A stretch of DNA of 50,248 nt from Minisyncoccota bacterium (GCA_035327525.1 DAOLDC010000001.1:1-50248); one strand, 5' to 3'. Numbered from the stretch's first letter, positions 17,611 through 27,067 are shown. Notes: generated by a model from the sequence alone, not told the origin. Program-made: numbers and translations.

Positions 17611-17650
17611 CTGTCACGCATGTGCTGTGGCAGTTTTTGTTTTTTATAAA
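17611..17650 (+). terminator. Rho-independent terminator
   Basis: ctgtcac (17611-17617) pairs with gtggcag (17627-17633, one G-U pair), followed by tttttgtttttt. Confidence 0.7.
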
Positions 17651-17653
17651 TAA

Positions 17654-18895
17654 ATGTTAAAATCAACCATAATGAATACAGTCGAAATAATAGAAAAAGT
17701 AATTGCGTTTTTGTTAGTTATTTCACCAATACTGATACCCGCTGTTTTGTTAGTGGTTCTTGTAAAGGTTTGGATAAATTACGCTAGAAGCAAGTTTTTG
17801 AGCGAACAAGAATACAAGCTTCTTCGAATTACGCCGCCAATAGAAATTTTCAAAACACCCCTATCAATGGAACTTTTTATGAATGCACTTTATCAAACAG
17901 TCGGAGAAGCAACACCAATTGATAAATATTGGAAAGGAAAAGTTAGACCTTGGTTTTCTTTGGAAATTGCCTCCAATGGCGGTGATGTTGGTTTTTATAT
18001 TTGGACCAGAAAAAGTATGACTGGTTATTTGCAATCGCAAATTTATGCACAATACCCAGGAATAGAAGTTGTTGAGGTGGAAGATTATACAAATTCTGTA
18101 AATTACAATCGCGACGATTATTCTATTTGGGCGACAGAATTTGAATTGACAGCACCTGACCCTGTTCCTATAAAAACATATATTGATTATGGACTAGACA
18201 AAGTTTCTGAGGAAGAGGAAAAAACAGACCCAATTACATCAATGTTAGAATTTTTGGGATCTATAAAAAATGGTGAATATGTCTGGATACAAATAATTGT
18301 TAGGGCACACAGAAAAGAAGACAAAGATCCTAGTTCATGGTTTGGTCTAACGGATTTGTGGAAGGATGATGCAAAAAAAATAATTGCTGAAATTAGAGAA
18401 GAATCAATGGTCGAGGTGGCTGCTGGCGATGGAACAACAAAAGTTCCATTAGCAACAAAAGGTCAGATAGACAAGATTAATGCAATCGAAAGAAGTATTT
18501 CCAAGATGCCATTCGACACAGGAATCAGAGGTATTTATTTGGCGGAAAAAGATGTTTTCGACCCGGTAAACATAGGTGGTTTGGCTGGCGGATTCAAACA
18601 ATACAGCTCTAGTGAACTGAACGGCTTCAAGCCTGGAATAAAAACTGGATTTGACTATTGGTGGCAAGACCCATTCGGAAACAAGCTCAATGCTGTTGCT
18701 CAGGAATTGTTCGATGCCTACAGAGAGAGAGGTTATTTCTTTCGACCATTTTTCGGAAAAAACAGAAAACATTTTATTTTGAACAGTGAAGAGTTGGCAA
18801 CAATATATCATTTTCCTGGAAGCGTGTCACATACTCCATCACTGCGTCGTGTTCAATCAAAAAAGAGTGAAGCACCAGCCGACTTACCAATATAA
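17654..18895 (+). CDS. Hypothetical N-terminally membrane-anchored protein
   Basis: TM segment AFLLVISPILIPAVLLVVLV followed by a soluble region of about 370 aa. No nucleotide-binding or catalytic motif recognised. C-terminal ELATIYHFPG...APADLPI. Confidence 0.5.
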   Translation: MLKSTIMNTVEIIEKVIAFLLVISPILIPAVLLVVLVKVWINYARSKFLSEQEYKLLRITPPIEIFKTPLSMELFMNALYQTVGEATPIDKYWKGKVRPWFSLEIASNGGDVGFYIWTRKSMTGYLQSQIYAQYPGIEVVEVEDYTNSVNYNRDDYSIWATEFELTAPDPVPIKTYIDYGLDKVSEEEEKTDPITSMLEFLGSIKNGEYVWIQIIVRAHRKEDKDPSSWFGLTDLWKDDAKKIIAEIREESMVEVAAGDGTTKVPLATKGQIDKINAIERSISKMPFDTGIRGIYLAEKDVFDPVNIGGLAGGFKQYSSSELNGFKPGIKTGFDYWWQDPFGNKLNAVAQELFDAYRERGYFFRPFFGKNRKHFILNSEELATIYHFPGSVSHTPSLRRVQSKKSEAPADLPI

Positions 18896-18908
18896 AACAA
18901 ATATAATA

Positions 18909-19871
18909 ATGAACATTATACAAAAAATTAATCCAAAAAAAATTAAAATATTTTTTATTATTTTTCTTGCGTTACTAATTATTAATTTTTTATTTTTCAC
19001 ATCAATACCCGTAGATTCTAATATTGAAAATGGCAAAATCGTGACTATCAAAAAAGGTGATTCAATAAAATCAGCCTCAACCACCTTGAAGAAAAATGGA
19101 ATTATTAATTCTTCATCATTATTTAATTTTTTGATAAATTTTTATGATAGTCAGGTTGTAGAGGGTGATTACTTATTCCAGGGTAAAAACAGCTTAATCA
19201 GTGTTATAAAAAGAGTAAATATTGGCGATTATCAAATACCATCAGTTAGAATAACCCTGTTTGAAGGAATGACTGTCGATCAAATGGGAAAGGAACTTTC
19301 CGCAAAACTAGATACTTTTGACGCAGAATCCTTTGTTGCATTGGCAAAAAACAAAGAAGGCTTTTTGTTTCCAGATACATACAATTTCAAAAAAAATATT
19401 TCACCCGAAGAAGTTATTTTGATAATGACCAAGAATTTTGAAAACAAAATAGCTGAGAATTTTGATGAAATTTCAAAATCAGAATATTCCATCGAAGAAA
19501 TAGTAACAATGGCTTCCATAATCGAAAAAGAGGCTACAGCGGACACTTTTCAGGAGGTTTCGAATGTTTTATGGAAAAGAATAAAAATTGGTATGGCACT
19601 ACAGGTTGACGCACCTTTTGTTTATTATATCAACAAGGGTACTTTTGATTTAACAATGTCTGACCTAGAAACTGATCATCCGTATAATACATATAGAAAT
19701 ACTGGCCTGACACCAACACCGATTGGTAATCCGGGAATTAGGGCAATATTGGCGGCTGCCAATCCACAGCCAACTAATAATATTTATTTTTTGACTGGCA
19801 GAGATAATGAAATGTATTTTGCTACAGATTTGGAAGGACATAGAAGAAATAGATTTTTATATTTGGATTAA
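18909..19871 (+). CDS. mltG: Endolytic murein transglycosylase MltG (YceG-like)
   Basis: N-terminal TM, LFEGMTVDQMG, GFLFPDTYNF, ASIIEKEA, LQVDAPFVYY, YNTYRNTGLTPTPIGNPG. ATG 18909 is chosen because the track start 18786 overlaps the previous gene. Confidence 0.9.
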   Translation: MNIIQKINPKKIKIFFIIFLALLIINFLFFTSIPVDSNIENGKIVTIKKGDSIKSASTTLKKNGIINSSSLFNFLINFYDSQVVEGDYLFQGKNSLISVIKRVNIGDYQIPSVRITLFEGMTVDQMGKELSAKLDTFDAESFVALAKNKEGFLFPDTYNFKKNISPEEVILIMTKNFENKIAENFDEISKSEYSIEEIVTMASIIEKEATADTFQEVSNVLWKRIKIGMALQVDAPFVYYINKGTFDLTMSDLETDHPYNTYRNTGLTPTPIGNPGIRAILAAANPQPTNNIYFLTGRDNEMYFATDLEGHRRNRFLYLD

Positions 19872-19889
19872 TAATGTTATAAATTTCTC

Positions 19890-20942
19890 ATGAAAAAAGT
19901 ATTTGTTGGATTATCTGGCGGGGTTGATAGTTCTGTTTCTGCCTACCTATTAAAAAAGGGTGGTTACGATGTTACAGGTGTTTTTATTAGGGTTTGGTAC
20001 CCTGATTTTGTGGTATGTGATTGGCGAAAAGAAATGCACGACGCAATGAGAATTTGTGCAAAGCTGAATATCCCTTTTCTGCTTTGTGACTCAGAAAATG
20101 AATACAAAAAAAATGTAATTGACTACATGATTAATGAATACAAAAAAGGAAACACCCCAAATCCTGATGTTATGTGTAATAAGGAGATAAAATTTAAATC
20201 GTTTTTTAATTTTGCAATTTCTCGTGGCGCAGATTATATCGCAACCGGCCATTATGCCCAGAACAAAAAGAATTCAGAAGGATTATTTTCATTAGAAAAA
20301 TCGGAAGACAAAAGCAAAGATCAAACATATTTTTTGTGGAATCTAAATCAAGATATTTTGAAAAAAACATTATTTCCAATTGGTCATCTAAAAAAAGATC
20401 AGGTTAGAAAAATTGCTCAAAACGCCAATTTAATTACCGCTTCGAAAAAAGACAGTCAGGGACTTTGTTTTATAGGACATGTCAATATGAAGGATTTTTT
20501 GAGTCGTTATATAAAAATAAAATCGGGAAATGTTGTTAATGAGTCTGGTCAAATTGTTGGCAAACATGATGGTGCAGTCCTGTACACTATTGGAGAAAGA
20601 CACGGCTTCGATGTTTCAAAAAAACAGAACAATGAGTTGCCATATTATGTAATAGGAAAAAATATTGAGAAAAACATATTAATAGTTTCTAAATCAAAAA
20701 AAATAAAAAAACAAAATACATCTCTGAAAAATATTAATTGGATTACTGTTCCACCAGAACAGGAAATGATATTGTCAGCACAAATCAGATATAGACAAAC
20801 TCCGCTGAAATGCAAAATATCAAAAATCACAAATAACGGCTTAATTATTGATTTCATAGACGAAGTAACAACTTTGACTAGCGGTCAATCAATTGTTTTT
20901 TATTTAAATAACAAATGTCTTGGTGGCGGAATTATCGTATAG
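19890..20942 (+). CDS. mnmA: tRNA 2-thiouridine(34) synthase MnmA
   Basis: VGLSGGVDSSVSAYLL PP-loop, NPDVMCN, ATGHYA, KDQTYFL, DSQGLCF. Confidence 0.95.
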   Translation: MKKVFVGLSGGVDSSVSAYLLKKGGYDVTGVFIRVWYPDFVVCDWRKEMHDAMRICAKLNIPFLLCDSENEYKKNVIDYMINEYKKGNTPNPDVMCNKEIKFKSFFNFAISRGADYIATGHYAQNKKNSEGLFSLEKSEDKSKDQTYFLWNLNQDILKKTLFPIGHLKKDQVRKIAQNANLITASKKDSQGLCFIGHVNMKDFLSRYIKIKSGNVVNESGQIVGKHDGAVLYTIGERHGFDVSKKQNNELPYYVIGKNIEKNILIVSKSKKIKKQNTSLKNINWITVPPEQEMILSAQIRYRQTPLKCKISKITNNGLIIDFIDEVTTLTSGQSIVFYLNNKCLGGGIIV

Positions 20943-20960
20943 TGGTATAATTTCATTACT

Positions 20961-21434
20961 ATGAATAAAAAAATATCAATAGCAGTTTTGGCTTTATTAG
21001 TTTTGATTTTGATTGGAGCAGCTGTTTATTCTAGTCAAAAAAACAAAAAAATAGATTACAACTCAGATAGACAACAGGTTTTGGATGATTTGATTAATAG
21101 ACCAACAGAAACCATAACAGTAAAACAACAATATAAAAATGGTAATTACACTGTGATTGGCTCATTTGAGGTTCCTACACCTTGTTATTCTTATAATGCT
21201 GAAGTCATAAAAAAAGATGGGATTACAGAAATTGCAATAACTTATTTTGATAATTCAAATCCAGATACAATGTGTGCTCAGGTTATATCCGAAAAATTGT
21301 TTAGAGTTGATTTTGAGGGTGCTCCAGGGGAGAACATTGTTGCCACAATTAACGGTGAAATTGTAAATCTAAACGTATTCGAAATCGGTCCAGATGAAAT
21401 AATCGAAAACATAGAATTGTATATAAAAGGTTAA
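20961..21434 (+). CDS. Hypothetical membrane-anchored/secreted protein
   Basis: Signal-anchor ISIAVLALLVLILIGAAVY, two Cys in the extracytoplasmic part. TGgTATAAT at 20943-20951. Its stop is 3 nt before the next gene. Confidence 0.5.
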   Translation: MNKKISIAVLALLVLILIGAAVYSSQKNKKIDYNSDRQQVLDDLINRPTETITVKQQYKNGNYTVIGSFEVPTPCYSYNAEVIKKDGITEIAITYFDNSNPDTMCAQVISEKLFRVDFEGAPGENIVATINGEIVNLNVFEIGPDEIIENIELYIKG

Positions 21435-21437
21435 AAA

Positions 21438-22139
21438 ATGTCTGATAGAATAAAGATACTAAAATCAAATGGTCAAATTGAGTTTTTTGATCGTGAAAAA
21501 TTGAGAAACTCACTAAAAAGAGCCGGAGCATCTATTGTTCTAGCTAACGAAATTTCTGACAAAATTGAATCAGAAATAAAAGACGGTTCACAAACATCCA
21601 AAATTTATGAAAATGCTTTTAGAATTTTGAGTAAAAAATCAAAACAAACAGCATTAAGATATTCTATCAAAAGAGCACTGGCCGAAATTGGGCCAACCGG
21701 TTTTCCTTTCGAAAAATATGTTGCAAAAATTATGCAACAAAAAGGTTACAAAACCGAGGTCGGCATGATGTTAATGGGAAAATGTATAGAACACGAGATT
21801 GATGTTGTTGCTTATGACAACGACGATTTAATACTAATAGAGGCAAAATATCATAATGAAATTTCAGCAAAGACAGATACAAAAGTTGCCCTATATATGA
21901 AAGCTAGATTTGATGACTTGAGAGATGTGGATTTTTTGATTGGTGGCAAGAAAAGACAAATGACAAACGGTTTATTGATTACAAACACAAAATTTACAGA
22001 TAATGTAAAAAAATATGCAAAATGCGTCGGTTTGGATCTGATTAGTTGGGACCATCCATCAAAAGGAAATTTGTATAATATAATTGAAACAACCGAAGTT
22101 TATCCAACAGGATTTGTTAAAGATAGATCAGTAAAGTAG
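21438..22139 (+). CDS. ATP-cone domain fused to a restriction-endonuclease-like (Mrr_cat, PD-(D/E)xK) domain
   Basis: N-terminal ATP-cone pattern (IKILKSNGQIEFFDREKLRNSLKRAG...IYENAFRIL). C-terminal FEKYVAKIMQQKGY...HEIDVVAYDNDDLILIEAKYH matches the D...E-x-K nuclease core. Confidence 0.7.
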   Translation: MSDRIKILKSNGQIEFFDREKLRNSLKRAGASIVLANEISDKIESEIKDGSQTSKIYENAFRILSKKSKQTALRYSIKRALAEIGPTGFPFEKYVAKIMQQKGYKTEVGMMLMGKCIEHEIDVVAYDNDDLILIEAKYHNEISAKTDTKVALYMKARFDDLRDVDFLIGGKKRQMTNGLLITNTKFTDNVKKYAKCVGLDLISWDHPSKGNLYNIIETTEVYPTGFVKDRSVK

Positions 22140-22155
22140 TATTTTATAATATCAA

Positions 22156-23979
22156 ATGAATTCAAAAGAAATTAGAAAAAAATATATAAACTTTGTAAAA
22201 AAAACCGGTCATGCAGTTGTTCCATCAACATCATTAATTCCAGAAAATGACCCATCAACACTTTTTATTTCCTCTGGAGTTCAGGCAATGATCCCTTACG
22301 TCATGGGAGAAAATCATCCAAGGGGGCAATTGATAGCCAACATTCAGAAATGTGTACGGACACAGGATATTGATGAAGTTGGTGATGCAACCCATGATAC
22401 TTTTTTTGAAATGATGGGTTATTGGTCATTTGGTCAATATTTCAAGGAGCAATCTATTAGGCAGTTGTACAATTTTTTTGTTGATGAAATCGGATTGGAA
22501 AAGAGCAAAATTTACGTGACATGTTTTGAGGGTGACGAAAATTCAGAAAAAGATATTGAATCAGCTGAAATTTGGAAATCATTAGGTATTGCTGAGAATC
22601 ATATATATTTTTTAAGTGCAAAGAGTAATTGGTGGAATGTTGGAGATAATGGCCCATGCGGTCCAGATACGGAAGTTTTTTATGATGTTAGTGGTGAAAA
22701 CTTGAATTTGAAAACAAGGGAAGATTTTTTGCTTGCTGATGAAAAGCAACAAATTGTAGAAATTGCTAATTCTGTTTTCATGACATACAAAAAAGAAAAT
22801 GGAAAAGTGGTTGGTAATTTGAAACAAAAAAATGTCGATATGGGTAGCGGATTCGAAAGGGTTGTTATGGCGGCTCAAGGAAAAAATAATATTTTTGATA
22901 CGGATTTGTTTAATGATTTAATGAAGGAAATTCAAAAAAATGGCAAAAAAAATGATTTGCACTCAACCAGAATCATTGCTGATCATATTAGAACCGCAAC
23001 TTTTTTGATATCTGATGGAGTTTTGCCGGCAAACACCGAACAAGGTTATGTTTTGCGTAGACTAATTCGTCGAGCGGTTAGATATTTGAGCAAATTAGAA
23101 ATAGAAAAAGATATTTCTTATTTTGTTGACTTTGCTATCAAGCCGTATCATGAAGTTTATCCAGAACTAATTATTTCGTCTGAAAATATAAAAAAAGTAT
23201 TAAGTCTTGAATCGGAAAAATTTAACAAAACACTATTGCGTGGTTTGAAGGAATTGAATAAATATCTAAAGAAAAATTCTACAAACAATGACAGTTTTGT
23301 CGAAATAAATTCTCGAGAAATTTCTGGTGAAAAATTGTTTGAATTATTCTCTACCTATGGATTTCCTGTCGAATTGAGCTTGGAGGAAATTGAAAAAATT
23401 TCAAACAAAAAAATAACACCAGATGTCAAAAATATTTTTATATCACAATTTGAACAATCAATAAAAAAACACAAGGAAATTTCCAAAATTGCATCGGAGG
23501 CAAAATTCAAAGGCGGATTGGCTGGAACTGGTGATATGGAAACAAAATACCACACCGTAACACACTTGTTGCATCAGGCCCTACGTGACGTTTTGGGAAA
23601 TTCTGTTTCTCAGAAGGGAAGTAATATTACATCCGAAAGGTTACGTTTTGATTTTTCGTATTCAGAAAAAATGACAGATGAACAAAAAAACAGGGTAGAG
23701 TCGATAGTAAATCAAAAAATATCAGAATCACTTGATGTGAAATCTGTTGTTTTATCAAAGGAACAAGCACTAAAATCAGGCGCACTGCATTTTTTTGGTG
23801 ACAAATACGGTGACAGTGTAACAATTTATTTTATTGGCAAGGATTTGGAATCAGCGTATTCAAAGGAATTTTGTGGTGGTCCTCATATAAAAAACACATC
23901 AGAATTAGGAATTTTTAAAATCAAAAAAGAGGAGTCTGTATCATCTGGTGTTCGCAGAATAAAGGCCATTTTGGAATAA
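22156..23979 (+). CDS. alaS: Alanine--tRNA ligase, short form (607 aa) lacking the C-Ala domain
   Basis: Class II AlaRS N-terminus (RKKYINFVKKTGHAVVPSTSLIP.NDPSTLFISSGV, FEMMGYWSFG, WWNVGDNGPCGPDTEVFYD). Editing-domain HTVTHLLH and CGGPH. Ends about 30 aa after CGGPH. Confidence 0.9.
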   Translation: MNSKEIRKKYINFVKKTGHAVVPSTSLIPENDPSTLFISSGVQAMIPYVMGENHPRGQLIANIQKCVRTQDIDEVGDATHDTFFEMMGYWSFGQYFKEQSIRQLYNFFVDEIGLEKSKIYVTCFEGDENSEKDIESAEIWKSLGIAENHIYFLSAKSNWWNVGDNGPCGPDTEVFYDVSGENLNLKTREDFLLADEKQQIVEIANSVFMTYKKENGKVVGNLKQKNVDMGSGFERVVMAAQGKNNIFDTDLFNDLMKEIQKNGKKNDLHSTRIIADHIRTATFLISDGVLPANTEQGYVLRRLIRRAVRYLSKLEIEKDISYFVDFAIKPYHEVYPELIISSENIKKVLSLESEKFNKTLLRGLKELNKYLKKNSTNNDSFVEINSREISGEKLFELFSTYGFPVELSLEEIEKISNKKITPDVKNIFISQFEQSIKKHKEISKIASEAKFKGGLAGTGDMETKYHTVTHLLHQALRDVLGNSVSQKGSNITSERLRFDFSYSEKMTDEQKNRVESIVNQKISESLDVKSVVLSKEQALKSGALHFFGDKYGDSVTIYFIGKDLESAYSKEFCGGPHIKNTSELGIFKIKKEESVSSGVRRIKAILE

Positions 23980-23994
23980 TTTTTTTGGTTTTTG

Positions 23995-24023
23995 TTGCAA
24001 AAATGATGTTCTAATCTTATAAT
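23995..24023 (+). promoter_or_regulatory. Promoter TTGCAA-17nt-TATAAT, 8 nt before ATG 24032
   Basis: TTGCAA at 23995-24000 and TATAAT at 24018-24023. Confidence 0.55.
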
Positions 24024-24031
24024 TAAGACAA

Positions 24032-25225
24032 ATGTTATTTTTTGGAAAAAAGAAAAAAGAAGCAAAACTAAAAATTCTATTAGATTTTCGAAGCTCAAGT
24101 ATCGGAGGAGCTGTTTTGGTGGAGCCAAACGATCAAATTGATAATGAAGTAAGTATTATTTATACTGCCAGAGAATATATATATCCTGACGACAATGATG
24201 ACCCAAAGAAAATTCTAAAAAAATTAAACGACTCCTTCGATAATATTCTAAAAAAAATTTCAGAAGAGGGAATTATAAGAAATAATGCATACCCAACACC
24301 CAACAGAATATCAGAAGTTGTCTGTATGTTTTCATCACCATGGTACAAGACAAAAATAAAAAATTTTGAAATAAAAGAACAAAAACCAATCAAGTTTACA
24401 GAATCATTTTTGAAAAGAATTTTAAATAAAGAAAAAAGCCTAAATCTCAAAAAAGATCTAGAAACCGAATTGGAAATAGAGAAAAAAATAGTCTCAGTTT
24501 ATTTGAATGGTTATGAAGCACAAAAACCTTTTGGAAAAGTTTTCGAGGATGCAAAGGTTTCTTTTTATATTGGAATAATTTCAAAAAAAGTATTTGATTT
24601 TATTAATTCAAAAATTGAAGAAAAATTGAACCCAAGAAAAATCACTCTTCACACCCACCCATTTGTCATAGTTTCTTTTATTAGAAATTTTTTTAGATCG
24701 TCTAATGATTTTTTGTTTTTTGATTTTGGTGGTGAAACTACCGATATTGGAATGTACAAAAACTCTATTTTCCAAAACATTATAACTGTGCCAATTGGAT
24801 TAAATTTTTTCATCAAAAACTTTTGTAAAGCACATTCTGTAGAAAAGAAGGACTTTTTTTCTGAAATTGATTTGATTTATGACAAGAGAATTGACGAAAA
24901 TAACAATTTAACAAAAATCGCTACTTTAGAAAAAATAAAGTCAGATTATATTCTTGAAATACAAAAAATAATTGGAAGTAAATGGCAAAATGAGACAACA
25001 CCGTCAAAAATATTTGTTACAGCTGACATGCAGGCTGTGCCAGTTTTGGATTCTGTTCTTAAATCGAAAAACTTTTATGCTAATGTCCTAAAGATTAGTA
25101 CTCAGCCGATAGTTCATTATGTTAGTAAAGAGAATTTTCCTACAATAATAAAAACTACTCAGGATACAAAAAAAGATTCATTGCTAGAAATTCTTGCAAA
25201 CTTTTCCACATTTTCGGATAATTAG
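24032..25225 (+). CDS. Hypothetical protein with a possible degenerate actin/ASKHA fold
   Basis: LLDFRSSSIGGAVLV (phosphate-1-like, Gly replaced) and FFDFGGETTDIGMY (phosphate-2-like). The expected adenosine motif reads IFVTADMQAVP instead of the GG type. Confidence 0.4.
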   Translation: MLFFGKKKKEAKLKILLDFRSSSIGGAVLVEPNDQIDNEVSIIYTAREYIYPDDNDDPKKILKKLNDSFDNILKKISEEGIIRNNAYPTPNRISEVVCMFSSPWYKTKIKNFEIKEQKPIKFTESFLKRILNKEKSLNLKKDLETELEIEKKIVSVYLNGYEAQKPFGKVFEDAKVSFYIGIISKKVFDFINSKIEEKLNPRKITLHTHPFVIVSFIRNFFRSSNDFLFFDFGGETTDIGMYKNSIFQNIITVPIGLNFFIKNFCKAHSVEKKDFFSEIDLIYDKRIDENNNLTKIATLEKIKSDYILEIQKIIGSKWQNETTPSKIFVTADMQAVPVLDSVLKSKNFYANVLKISTQPIVHYVSKENFPTIIKTTQDTKKDSLLEILANFSTFSDN

Positions 25226-25258
25226 TATAATAGTCAATTATTTGATAATATTAGTGAT

Positions 25259-26677
25259 ATGAATGACAAAATTAATGAAAAAAAGACCAACAACAATTTT
25301 TTACAGGATGTAATACCGCCTCGACAGAAAAGATCAATTAGAGATATACCTGTGCCACCGAGAAAAAGATCTTCGTTGCAGAGTAACATGCCTTCAAACA
25401 GATCAGCCGAGAAGCCCGCAAAAACTGTTGTACAAGACTTACGCCCAAAACCAGTTCCACCGTCATATGATTCGTCATTTGATAATGATGAATTTGATGC
25501 AACCACCAAATTTCATGACAACAATTTTACAAAAAGTGGAGGACGAAAAAAATGGCTAATTGCCAGCTCAGCCGTAATCATTGTAGCGTTTATTTTTTTT
25601 GGTATATCCTTTTTCCATAGCGCCGATGTTATAATTGAGTCAAAAGTGGTTGAAGCAACCATCAACAAAGTAATACCGATTGCAGATGTTACAAGGAATT
25701 CAAATCAAAACGTCTTGAGTTACAATATCATCGAACTATCAAGAGAAGCATCAAAAGAAATTAGAGCAGAAAAAGAAGAGTTTGTTCAATCAAAATCATC
25801 GGGAATAATTACCGTAATTAATGAGTATTCCGAGACCCCACAAACACTTATTAGAAATACAAGGTTTGAATCTCCTAACGGTTTGATTTATAGAATTCAG
25901 GATTCAATTACTGTTCCAGGATACAAAACAGTGAACGGCCAAAAAATCCCTGGAGAAATTGATACTCAAGTTTTTGCCGATGTTGCTGGCGATAAATATA
26001 ATATTGATTTAGTAAATTTCACAATCCCGGGCTTCAAGGGTCAAGCACCATATGAATTGTTTTATGCAAAATCAAAATCACCGATGTCTGGCGGTTTTGA
26101 TGGTGTAAGAAAAGTTGTTTCCGAAGAGGATCTAGCAAAGGCAAAATCGGATCTTCAAGAAGAACTAACCAAAAACCTTCAGGCTGAATTAAGAAATCAA
26201 ATTCCAAACGACTTTATGTTTGCTGGAAACAACTCATTTGTTTTTGGTGCAATCCAGCAAAAAAATTCTACTAACGGCCAAAGTGTTATTTTGAGTTTGA
26301 ATGGAACCATTTCATCAAAAATATTTAATAAAATATCCCTATCAAATGAAATTGCCAGGAATACAATTATTGATTACAAACCAGAACATAATGTGTTAAT
26401 AAAAGATATTGAAGAAGTAAATCCAAGAATTACTACCTCCGACAATGGATCAATTATTGGAACAAATGAAATATTAGAAATAAACTCAAAACTTACTTTT
26501 GTTTGGCAAATTGATACTGAGCAAGTCAAGAAATCTCTTGCAGGTGTAGGCAAGAAAGATTTTGGCGGAATCTTGGCAGAATTTTCTGGTGTAGTAAAAG
26601 GTCAATCAAAAATATTTCCTTTTTGGAAAAACTCATTCCCAGATGATGTAAAGAGGATAAATATACAGATAATCTAA
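25259..26677 (+). CDS. Hypothetical bitopic membrane protein (cytoplasmic P/R/K-rich tail, one TM, large external domain)
   Basis: The tail carries a duplicated VIPPRQKRS / PVPPRKRS motif. TM WLIASSAVIIVAFIFFGISFF. External segment TRFESPNGLIYRIQDSITVPG...FTIPGFKG resembles CPR proteins I recall being labelled baseplate J/gp47-like (unverified). Confidence 0.45.
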   Translation: MNDKINEKKTNNNFLQDVIPPRQKRSIRDIPVPPRKRSSLQSNMPSNRSAEKPAKTVVQDLRPKPVPPSYDSSFDNDEFDATTKFHDNNFTKSGGRKKWLIASSAVIIVAFIFFGISFFHSADVIIESKVVEATINKVIPIADVTRNSNQNVLSYNIIELSREASKEIRAEKEEFVQSKSSGIITVINEYSETPQTLIRNTRFESPNGLIYRIQDSITVPGYKTVNGQKIPGEIDTQVFADVAGDKYNIDLVNFTIPGFKGQAPYELFYAKSKSPMSGGFDGVRKVVSEEDLAKAKSDLQEELTKNLQAELRNQIPNDFMFAGNNSFVFGAIQQKNSTNGQSVILSLNGTISSKIFNKISLSNEIARNTIIDYKPEHNVLIKDIEEVNPRITTSDNGSIIGTNEILEINSKLTFVWQIDTEQVKKSLAGVGKKDFGGILAEFSGVVKGQSKIFPFWKNSFPDDVKRINIQII

Positions 26678-26685
26678 TATTGCAG

Positions 26686-26715
26686 TTGACATAATGGGGC
26701 TAATTCTGTTATCAT
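26686..26715 (+). promoter_or_regulatory. Promoter TTGACA-18nt-TATCAT for the infA/r-protein block
   Basis: TTGACA at 26686-26691 and TATCAT at 26710-26715. Confidence 0.5.
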
Positions 26716-26729
26716 AACAAATCGAATTA

Positions 26730-26948
26730 ATGGTAGATAAAAAAAACACAGAAGATCAAGTTGAAGGAATAGTAATTGAAGCTTTGCCGGAGGCAATGTT
26801 TAAAGTTTTGCTTGCTGATAAAACGGAGGTAAGAGCATACTTGGCTGGCAAAATGAGAATGATGAGGATTAGAGTATTAATAGGAGATAAGGTTTTAATG
26901 AAAATAGATCCTTACGGAGGTAAAGCACGTATCTTTAGAAGACTATAA
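26730..26948 (+). CDS. infA: Translation initiation factor IF-1
   Basis: S1-like [44 protein letters not shown]. Confidence 0.95.
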   Translation: MVDKKNTEDQVEGIVIEALPEAMFKVLLADKTEVRAYLAGKMRMMRIRVLIGDKVLMKIDPYGGKARIFRRL

Positions 26949-26953
26949 AAATT

Positions 26954-27067
26954 ATGAAGGTAAAATCATCAGTAAAAGCAAAATGTAAAAATTGCAAGAT
27001 TATCAGAAGAAGAGGTTATTTATATGTAACTTGCAAGAATCCAAGACACAAGCAAAGACAGGGCTAG
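26954..27067 (+). CDS. rpmJ: 50S ribosomal protein L36
   Basis: Hand translation gives [37 protein letters not shown] (37 aa). Not in the ORF track because it is shorter than 60 aa. Canonical position between infA and rpsM. Confidence 0.9.
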   Translation: MKVKSSVKAKCKNCKIIRRRGYLYVTCKNPRHKQRQG

